A DNA stretch of 64,000 bases. Origin: Gnetum montanum (taxonomy: Eukaryota > Plantae > Gnetophyta). The position numbers were made by a program, and so were the translations under genes. The notes below the pieces were generated by a model that worked only from the letters and a program-made list of their open reading frames with translations, did no database searches and was not told the DNA's origin. Shown here in pieces: positions 51,134 through 61,511 of this stretch (position 1 is the stretch's first letter; the number at the start of each line of letters is the position of its first letter). The stretch spans positions 444,231 through 508,230 of the forward strand of contig MNCI01000668.1 in the NCBI GenBank assembly GCA_015680685.1, read 5' to 3'.

Positions 51134-53088
51134 CAACACAGAATTAATAAATATTTTTTCTGTTTCTTTAATTTTTCAACTTTTTGTTTTCTAGTTTTTC
51201 ATTTCTCAATTTCTTGTTTTATCTTTTTACCTTTTTGTCTTTTTGTCCTGTTATATTTTTATAAGTAATCTCATCTACAAATAAAACACTCATGTGGCTT
51301 GTTGGTTGAGGTGTGTTCTATCTTATCGAGTCTTGAGTGATTAATTATTTGGATAGTGAGCCCACCACACCCACGCATCCACTCTACAAATAAGAGGTTT
51401 TGTTTGAGGGTACAGTGATATTCTTGACATTTTTGAACTTAAAATTAATCTAATGTTCATTGTACCCAGAATGAAGAAGGATGGACCAAGAGGGATTCAT
51501 TAGGATGTGACATCAAGGGGACTTGTGGATTCTCTTTGGTGACATCTGTGGGAGTTATCATGCAACATGGTTGTACTAAGATCCTTGTAGATCTAATGAA
51601 AAATGGGAGTAAGAGTAATCCAAAGGGCACTCAAAAATCCAATGCTATTCTAGGGGGTCCCACTGGAAAGACATGCATCCATGCCTGATGGTTGGTGGCT
51701 TCTCTAGATCTAGTATTCCAAAAAAAAGAGAAAAAGAAAAAAAAAGTATCACAAAACAAAAATCACTCCTCCCTTGAACAAAATGCTCAGTGATCATACA
51801 CCTTGTTGTTTTGGTACTCTCATAGTCACTCATCATGGGATGAAACAATGCGGTGTCACTAATTAGAGGAATGGACTTGATCCTGATCTTGGAACGATGA
51901 GTTAATGACACCTTAATCATGATTTACACATAGGATTCATTATGCCCTGAGTCAATTACCTCACGTCGCAATCTCTGCAATCCCTTCTTCGATTCATTCC
52001 ATCTCACTATTCATGTATTTTTAACTCATGTCTTGTATAGTATTGAATTCATACCTCATCATGGTGGTATCAACATGTGTGTGTTTTGTTGCAATGGTAT
52101 AGATTACATTTAACCCTTCTAGTGCCTACGAACATCTTAAGGTGTGGTTATGTAAGGGCATATAGGTTGGAACCTGCTTTGGGGAGGACCCACTTGTGTG
52201 ACTTTTGTAATTTGTACTTGTTGCACACCACCACATCATCTTATACCCTCCAAGTATTCCATTTCCAAATCTATTCTTTCCTTTGTCATTATTTTATCAA
52301 ACGTTCCTCAAAACTAGGTTCAACATTAAACTTTTAGGGCAACTTCCTTTAAAAAATTTCTAACTCTAAAGTCACACTAAGTAAAGAATGCAACATTTAT
52401 TAAAGGTAATGAGTAAGGTATGAAATCATTGAAATTTTTTCAATAACCTTACTAACAATTGATCTTTGTGTGATTATAGATGGCACCTAAAAGAAGACAA
52501 CAAGGAGGACCTTCTCAAGGGCAACCGAATGACCTGGGGGAGACAGAGGCCAAGGACCTCATGTAGAACATGCAGAGGAGAAGGTAATCATTTAGCATCC
52601 ATCATGCAAATCCTATTACTTCATAATCTATCCAAGCAAAGGGAGGAGAGGTCAAGGCCCGAGCCTATGAAGAGGAACGACAACTATTTGTGGCATGGCA
52701 TGTCAAGGCCAATCAAGTGTTCCCGTAGCTACTGTGTCCATGAAAAGTGTCGACTCCATCAAATATTGGAACATCAACATGGATGGCTCATAATCCTTAA
52801 ACAGAAGAGGAGAAACGTCAAGTGCTTCTTCAATGGTATCAATCTCAGAAGCCTGAGGCACAAGACAAAGGAAAGGCACCCATGAAGGAGCCATCACTAC
52901 CGGGAACCCCATGAGTTCCACAAGTTTTGTCTCTTGTGTCTGTGTCCAAATTTTTTTTAATGCTCCACTATGGCATGAATAAATTTCTAGTAAGTCAATA
53001 ATCGCATACCTATCTACTATGTATTCAATTGAGCCTGTTCCTCACTTTCTTTGACTCGAAGATGAGTTTTTGCTCAGTCGTGGGGGTA

Positions 53089-53950
53089 TGATGAAGTGTC
53101 ATTAAGTCAATGCATCGACTGCACCGTGTATATGGGGCTTGTCGACGTAGCCTCCCTATGTTGACGTGGCCCCATTTACGCAGCCACCTATCTTAGCCTA
53201 TAAATAAGAGGGCCTTCCGCCTCATTTAGGCATCCTTCTAGTAGTGGTAGCGAAGCTCTTTCATTTTGTTCCCATAGGAGTTAGATTATTTTCTCAGTGT
53301 ATGCCCGCAGTGTGATGCTTTTAATTGTACGACACCTTTATTTGAGTGTGACGTACTTGGATGCGTACATGACCAGAAATAAAGATTGAGATTACTTCAT
53401 CATTGCAGCATTCACTTAGTTTTAATTATTTAATTGTTGTTGTTAATTGTTATTGTTATTTATTTTTTTCTTAGTTAATATTTATTTATCATCATTTACT
53501 ATTCCTGTTGTTAAATGAGGAATTAGTATGACTTAATCACGAGCATTTAAGTATGACTACTTGGTAACCCAATAGCATACCTAGGATCTGCACTTGGTAA
53601 TCCCAGTGGTAGTCATGCATGAAGTCCAAGATGTGTACGGATGATCAAGGAACAGATGCTCATCTCACTTAGGCTAGCTTAGACTTCATTTCCTATTACT
53701 CATTAGTTTAATTAATATTATCTTCCATTGTCTTCAGGAGTAGCATTATCATAGGAACACATCATACACCTCACTTTGGACTAAACCATACGTGACAAAG
53801 CAAACACTAGTCTAGGTGGGAAGACAGCGAACTGCAATCAACGTGTAACTATCTAGATACCACAACTAGCCTATCCACGGAGTTCGACCAGATCATGCGT
53901 GAACACTCATATTCGTATGGTTGAGTGTATGGGTACCTAGCCACTCATCA
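53089..53950 (+). repeat. 3' LTR of NA2
   Basis: Direct repeat of 48135-48998. Confidence 0.93.
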
Positions 53951-56427
53951 GTGAGAAAGAAGAAATGGAGTTTTTATAAATGCATTTCCAATTCAGCTCA
54001 TCTTAGGCACCTAATAATGGAATACTTCAAGCCTTTTTTATTTTGATATAGTAAGAGTTTATTTTGAGCTTGATTACTTATATATTATTCTAAGCATCCA
54101 GACTCCAAACAAAAGAATAATATTTTTTTAACATAATTTAAAATTTTTGATTATTTTAATAGTTATAAATCAAATAATATTGATATAAAATACATTGAAT
54201 TCATAATGTCATGCAATAATTTAATATAAAATGTGATCTATATTTTAAAATAAGAACTAAATGTCATACAAATTGTAACAATGTTTATAGGTATAACAAG
54301 TATAGATCCTTTACATAAATTGTTGTAGTAATGTTGAATATTTACATCATCAAATTCATTCAAATTATAATCATCAAATCTAAGATGGGGTGAAATGCAT
54401 ATTTAATTAAAAAGGAGAAATGCTTCCAAAGGGCCATAATATCTTACGAATTAAAAATTGTGTGTTAGTCTAAATTAAAATACAAAAATCTAAGAAACCT
54501 GAAAAATTAAATGCAAAAATATTTCAGGGAATATCACATGGACATAGGATGGACAAATGTCTTGCATATTTGATGACTGTGATGGTTTTGGTATGTCATG
54601 TGATTTCTTTGTTGAATAATATATTCTGATTGAGCATTGGCTTGTAATATTGGGGTGTGATTATTTAGAATTCTAAGTTTCAACTTGCATCACTGTACAA
54701 AAGAAACAGTGGGTCACAACTTTGATTGTTTTGAACAATGGTGTTTTATGATTTTTGAATGAAAGAAAGTTGTACATTCTTTCCTAAGAAATGGACAAAG
54801 AATCATCTTTTATTATTTTATGCATTTCATATAAAAATATTTGAAAAGGCTTTGGTAGTTTCATTGTTTTGGTTTACCATCAAATATGGTTACATATTAC
54901 AATTTTGCATTGTAAAAAATTGTCTACAAAAGTAATATGAGTATGATTTACATACTATTTTCATTCACTGTATATATCCTATGTCCTATGTCCAATACAT
55001 GCAAGGGGTCTATAAGATGCAATATAAATCAATTTCAATTTCAGTTTTATAACTTGATCTAACCATTAACATAACTAATTTGATGAACAGCTGATGTAAT
55101 TTCTAGGACTGCATCTCATGGGGTGCATCATAAGGGCCTTTTGGAACAATGTTTGGAAATATAGTGGCGGGCAAGCAAACCTTTTACTCTATTGGTTATC
55201 ATCTTGATTGTCCTTCTTCCCTTGGCATTATTAAAAAACATTGGTAATTACCTCACCATTTTTTAATTGATCCTCGTAAGTTTTCAATAGCAAAGCTAAA
55301 TTTTTACACACCCATTCAACGAAATTATGAAATAGGTTGTGTGTGACATATGTTGATTAGAAGCATAATAACCTTTTATGAATTCATTGGATTCACTTAC
55401 TATTGGCATTGTAGATTTTTTAAAATATACTTCAGTAGTATCTATAGCTCTGATTGTCGTGTTTCTCTTAATCACAATAGCAATAACTGTAATCAAGATT
55501 TTTTGGGTAAAATTGGATGCCAATGCTGCTTCCCAGTGTTGTTGATTGGGCTTCGTTTTGGAAACTTTTTCAAATATTCTAGTCATGGTAGCTGCTTTGA
55601 TTTGTCACTACAATGGTGAGCTATCAACTTACATCTAATCTAATGAAGCATACAGTTACTTTTTGACACAATTTTCATAACCCACAGCTTAAAAAACTAT
55701 TGTTCAAACCATGAACCCTTGGGCCTCTATTTATAGCTGATAGTAGTTTGCTTTTGCAGTTCACTCCATAAAAATGAGCTTTTAGATGGTTCATAGAGGA
55801 TAGGGGTTACAAAGCTTTCACTGATCTTGTGTGCAAGCATTTAGATTTTAACAAGCATGTTTGGATACCTTCATTTTGGAAAGGATACCCTGGATTACAT
55901 ATTGGTAAACTTTGACAAAGATTTGGGAATTGGGTACAATACAGTAGTGAATGCCATAATGAGAATCAACTATGTAGTGCCTCTTATGTTGGTTTTTCTC
56001 ATGGTTCACTATGCATTGAGAGACAATGTATATGAACTTGTATTCTCTTTTATCCAGATAACCCTTCAACAAGATTCCTAGGGTTTCAATCTTCTCACTG
56101 TAGTACTGTAACCTTCATATTTTTTGGAATAGTTTTGATCCCTAACCTCTCAGATGCATTTCAAATACTTTCATTCCATGGTGACTACCTACTATTGTTG
56201 TTCTCGAGTAAGCATATTTTAGTTTGGTTGTCTTCCTTTATTTTTCATTATTTTGTTATCTCTTGGATTTCAAGCTACTACATCTTGTTGTCCATTTAAG
56301 TAAGATTTTGTGGATAGAAATCCTCATAGAATATCACATGGACATAATATGTATAAGTATTTTGCATGTTTGATGATTGTGCTTATAATACCCATTCATA
56401 AGGAGTAAGAGCTAGCACCTAAATCCC

Positions 56428-56786
56428 CTTCCTCTTGCACTCCTCCATGCTAGCCTTGAAGTCTCCTAGCTTCCTTATCATCCTACAAGGGGTGTGTCAG
56501 TGTAGAGAAATGTATACCCCCAATAAAAACCATTAAATTTCCATATTTGGCATTCCAAAAGGCATTATTGACTCCCCCAAGCCCAAATATAGACACTATG
56601 TGACTCTATTTACTTGGGAAATGAGGCTTTTAGTCACTTATGAAGCATTTTTCAGCTTCAAAAGTATGAAACATGTAAGATTTTCCTTTTATGAGTTATA
56701 ACCTTCACATTTGCTATAAAATATTGCCTTAGGTTTCATGGGATGGGATTACAAAGGTTTCAACATGAAAATTTGGTGGTATTTCA
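56428..56786 (-). repeat. 5' LTR of Ogre/Tat element, distal part
   Basis: Matches ~20566-20920 (cctccatgctagccttgaagtct..aaatttggtggt(a/g)tttca). Confidence 0.88.
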
Positions 56787-59360
56787 TTCAATAAGTATCT
56801 TTGGAACATATTTATTAGGTATCATATGTTGGCAATAATGTCATTACAATCTAGTTCATTGTACTGACTTCTCATAAGTATTGGTTTAATAACATCTAGA
56901 TTTGTCTAGTCTTCAACATTTTTAATTATCTATTTTCATTCTCTAGATCTTTTTGTTTTTCCATAAATACTATCATCTTCATTATCTTTTGGATTAGAAT
57001 TTTTAAAAGTTGGATCAACTTATTCATCTTTATTATAATGTTAATGTGAGCAAGTTGTAAGGCCATGACCATCATCATTGTAATTAATATTCATAGGACT
57101 CTTATGGGTTGATTTATTTTCCAATGATTCATATTTATTAAACACCACACATCTTGTAATTACCAATTTTTTCTTCCTTTGGGTTTGAAATTTTATAATC
57201 TTTCATATGGAGACCATATCTTATGAAATATCCTTCTTTTACTTTTGGACTTGATTTTGTTTGTGTTATAATGTGATAATATATATTGTAGGCAAAGACT
57301 TGCAAATGTTCAAAGTTGGGCTTTCTTCCATTTCACACTATATTTAAACATTCAAAATGTAAATAGAGGGTAGCACTTTTGATAATGATATGAAATGCAA
57401 TTCGTATAGCTTCTTTCTAGAAGGAATCATCAAATTTAGATTGGGCTAACATACATTGTACTGGTTCATCAACTATTTGATTTTTATGCTTAGCTACATC
57501 ATTCTATTTGGGGTATTATGGAACCATATTTTTGTGAATAATTCCTTCTTTCATAAGATATTCTTAGAATTTTTTGTTTGTGTATTCTATCCTATTATCA
57601 GTCCATAGCTTCACGATTGATAACCTAGTCTATTTTTTCACTAATGCTTTAAATTTTTTGAAGTCATTAAAAACTTCTAATTTGGATTTGATCACATATA
57701 TTCATATATTTTTTGAGTATTCATTAATATAGGTTACAAAGCATCATCCTCCTTCTAATGAAGGTACATTACTATACGAACCAACATCTGAGTGTACAAT
57801 CTTCAACTTAGTTCTTGCAGCTCTATCCCTTATGCATGGAAAATTCATTCTTGCTTGTTTATCTATAGAACATAACTTGTAAAACATGTTATGATTTAGA
57901 TTAAGTTATGCTAAAAAATGGGAAGATCGTAACAAATTCTTCATATAACTTATATTTATATGGCCAATTCTTGCATGTCATAACTTTTTATCTTATGTTT
58001 TATGAGTTGTAGAGAAAATAACCTCTATTATTGAATGCAATTTAAATATTTCATTTGTTTCTTTTGTCTCTACTAGCTTCTTCTATGACTTACCTTTTAA
58101 TATTATAGATTTTACATTGTTTTTTAGATCTTGTTTAAAAACTATTTTTTGTTTAGATTTGACCAATTTAGATATTGATAGTAGATTATATCCTTTCAGT
58201 GCTAGGGTGTAACAAAAATTCTTAATTTGTATTTGCTAATCAGAAATTTTCATATTGATATCTCTAATCCCCTATATTTACATATGGCTTTAGTAGATGT
58301 TGTAGCTGAACCAACATTTATAGTACATAAATTTTGGAAATGGTTACTATTTCCTAATATATGTCTAAAATATCTCAAGTGAATGTACCAAGTATTGTGT
58401 TTAATCTTGGCCACTTTATCTTAGCTTATAATATTATTAATAATTGAGACCATGTCATCTCTTAGTAAGTTTGCTTCATTCTTGTGATAATTACTCTACT
58501 TTTGATTAATGTTTATATTCTACTTTTGTTGATCCATGTTCTCTATAATAATTCTTTGCTAAATAACAAAGGATATTGGGTTCATAAGATTGAATCAACA
58601 ATCTTTGAGTACATGTCCTCTTGTTTAATAGATATGACAAGTCAATTATTAATTCTTTTGATTATTAAATCTGGAACTTTATTTATTGTCATAATGCTAA
58701 TACTATGTTCACTATCCTTTTTTCTTATTTCTTAAGATATACATAACTTGTTTATTTTTTTTAAAAAAAAAATTCTCTAATTCCATCTTTTCCTTTCACA
58801 ATTACAATTAAGCTATTAATGTTGGAATGTTTGGTCTTTCTCCTAGTGCATTAAGTACTAGTATAAATGATTTAAATTTATCTAGAAGTGCTCATAGAAG
58901 GAAACTAGCTCTCTCTCCATTTTCATATTCCAATTATAATAACACTACCTTCATATCTTTGATAATATCTATTAATTTCTACTCTATATTCATCTTCATT
59001 GTTTGTAGTTTTTAGAAGATATGGTCTTTCTTTGTTTGGTTTAAAGATCCAAACATCTAATATAAATATTCCCAAATCTTTGTAGTTGTGTTCAAACCAT
59101 ACACTAGATGAGATATTTCATTAGAAATATTCTTGTAGAGAATGCTTGAGATCATATCATTTTATTTTCTTTTCCATTCATCATCAAATCTAAAGTTGAT
59201 ATTGGAAACAACATGCTAGAGTCTACTAACTTGTAGGATGATTCTTATTCTTTGTGTCCAAGTCTTGTAGTTCTTTATGGTAAGCTTCTATGGGTATGTA
59301 ACAATAATCTTGTTCATTAATGATCTCAAGAGACTCTTATCTTTCTCTTCTTTTGGCATT
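56787..59360 (-). pseudogene. pol: Copia gag-protease-integrase, heavily decayed
   Basis: YKTWTQRI; HARIGHIN; LKIVHSDVG; FKKFKALVKK..DNRIEY; GRKPNFEHLQVF. Confidence 0.8.
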
Positions 59361-59463
59361 ATATAGTATAGGAGATTGATCACATCTTTAACATTATCAT
59401 TTCTATTTTTTCTTGCAGATTCTTATTCATTACTTAATTTGCATCCCCTTTCCTTCAACACCA

Positions 59464-59940
59464 TGTTAAAGTTAACGTAGTATAATTTAGAAGCATTTTA
59501 TAGGATTTCATAATATGTTAGAATCTTTGATAAGGAAATTTTGTAATCAACAATCTATTCTTTTCTTTAGATAATTTTCTTTTTATATTCTTGGACCTTT
59601 TGGATGTAATATTTTTTTTCTTAATTATGAATAACTGTATTTGTACTTCTTTTTACTCTACTACAACATACATTGGCTTGGTACTTGTTAAACCTTTAAC
59701 ATAACAAAAGGTTATGACTTATTATAATCAACACAACTTGTTACAAATTGTAACATATCATGATAACTAACTTAACAATTGTTATGATTTGTAATGGTAA
59801 TTGATCTAAAAAATACTTTATGGATCATAAGAACTAACTCATACATAAATATCTTATGAATCATAGCACTCTTATAACTTGGCTAACTTAACTTAATAAC
59901 AACTTACAAATTAAAAATATGTATGAATTACCATCTAATA
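59464..59940 (-). repeat. 5' LTR of old Copia
   Basis: Diverged direct repeat of 17272-17761. Confidence 0.85.
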
Positions 59941-61050
59941 TGAATAATAAAATCAATTCTCTTATAAGAAGATTTTAGAAAAAGCCCAAAACTGTAGAAA
60001 TAAACATGATTTGATTGACACATTTGCTTAATAATTGAAACTTTTCAAGCAAGGGTGAGATATTTTTTTCCATTTATCAAGCTTCTTTTTCAATTTTAAC
60101 AACAATATAATTCTAGAAAATAGTAATATTAGGCTTAAAAGAAAAAGATATTCCTAAACTTTTAAGACAATACTTTTTCAAGATTTTCCAAGACTTGAGA
60201 GTAACCCACTCATTAATATTTCCAATACCATAAACACTAGACTTTTACCAACGAATCCAAGAGCTAAAAACCATGTAGTAATCCTCTAATCTAGCTAATA
60301 GATTATTGATATCTTGTAGGGAATTATCAATCATAAAAATAGGATCATTTGTAAAGTGCATATTAAGAAATTATATATCTTAATCAACAATTGAAATTTC
60401 CTTAATGAAACTTTTTTATAGATTATAATACAAATTATATGAAAAAAAAAATCTATGACAATAATAAAAAGATAGGGAGCTAGAGGATAGCCTAAATGAT
60501 TTGATCATCAACAAGAAAAAGAGGAACTTAATCCAAAATTAGTAGCAACTTAAGCATTAGCAATCGTGACTAGGGTATGAACAATCTAAATCAGATAATC
60601 ACCAGATCCTAGTTTATAGAGATAAGAAATAATGAGATTCCATTCAATCCTATCATAAGCTTTGGCATAATCTAACTTAATAAAATAAATATCCTAGTTA
60701 TCATTAGAAGCCACTACATTCCCACTGAAGTTGCAATAACACTATTTACAATATGTATATATTTAACAAGACTAGTCTACTTATGTTTGATGATATCTTC
60801 AATAACCTTTTGAATTTAGCAAGTCACACATTTAGCTAAAATTTTATAAGTATTGTTAAAAAGAGTAATAGACCTCCAATTACTAATATCTTGAAGATCT
60901 TCATTCTTAGAAAGAAGATAAATCACACATTTTATTAATATTTTTACCAAGAGAAACTTTTTAATAGCTTCTTACAAAACATGAAAGAGATCAATTCTAG
61001 TGATGCATAATTATTTCTCTTACTTTCTAAACCAAGTAGAAATAATATAA
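59941..61050 (-). pseudogene. LINE (L1-type) ORF2 reverse transcriptase core, 5'-truncated
   Basis: DLQDISNWRSITL..NTYKILAK; IKLDYAKAYDRIEW; GYPLAPYLFII; HFTND (FADD site); KKKLDKWK..YLTLA*KVSIIK. Confidence 0.85.
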
Positions 61051-61511
61051 AATTCATAATATCATTAATATTAGGGGGTGGGGGAGTGGGGGAGGGTGTT
61101 GTAACCTTGAAATAATTGTAATATAGGAACACCCCAAGATATCTAGGTTAATTAGAACTTTAGATTTCAAGAATTTCTACTTTTTACAATCTGAAACCAT
61201 ATTAGTTTCAAATCCTATTTGGATTTGGTGCTAAATGTTATCGATGGAAGATATTTTTAATAGTTAACTTTTCAAAAATTGATCAATAATATTATTATTA
61301 TTATTTTATTAAAGTTAGATAATCTTAAAGTTTTAAATTTTAATTTTTAGTATTTATTATATATTTTAGAATTATTAATTATATGAAAAAATGCTATAAA
61401 AAGGATTAACGGTAGAAAATGCTAAATTTGTAAGGTAAGATTAATGTATTAATTATAAGATATTAATAAATCAAAATTTTATTTAATAAGCATAATATCA
61501 TAGCTAATTTT

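Larger units (their letters stand above)
48135..53950 (+). mobile_element. Young non-autonomous Athila-like LTR element NA2 (gag only), 5816 bp
   Basis: LTRs 48135-48998/53089-53950; perfect TSD GTGAG; PBS-Asp-like site; PPT gtgggggta at 53080-53088. Confidence 0.93.
46467..56427. other. Unclassified insertion in the Ogre/Tat 5' LTR (~4.1 kb native plus NA2)
   Basis: Absent from the 3' LTR; no recognisable domain, TIR or TSD. Confidence 0.55.
19448..56786 (-). mobile_element. Ogre/Tat-like Ty3/Gypsy retrotransposon (~20 kb native) with nested insertions
   Basis: LTRs 19448-20920 and 45359-46466 plus ~56428-56786; PBS-Asn; PPT ttggcccctcttttttt at 20921; degenerate TSD ttgag/ttcaa, and removing the element restores Copia frame ..LIETFTMDHW. 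Confidence 0.88.
17272..59940 (-). mobile_element. Old Ty1/Copia LTR retrotransposon (~5.3 kb native) inserted in the LINE and split by the Ogre/Tat element
   Basis: LTR pair 17272-17761/59464-59940 (tgttaaagttaac..accatctaata); TSD tggat/tgaat; TGG PBS-like site abutting the LTR at 59461-59463; gag-PR-INT-RT-RH order. Confidence 0.88.

Noticed and set aside
61380-61450. Inverted partner of the 14977-15118 repeats (DNA transposon enclosing the LINE)
   Set aside because: Similarity too weak in AT-rich DNA; no terminal CACTA or TSD seen
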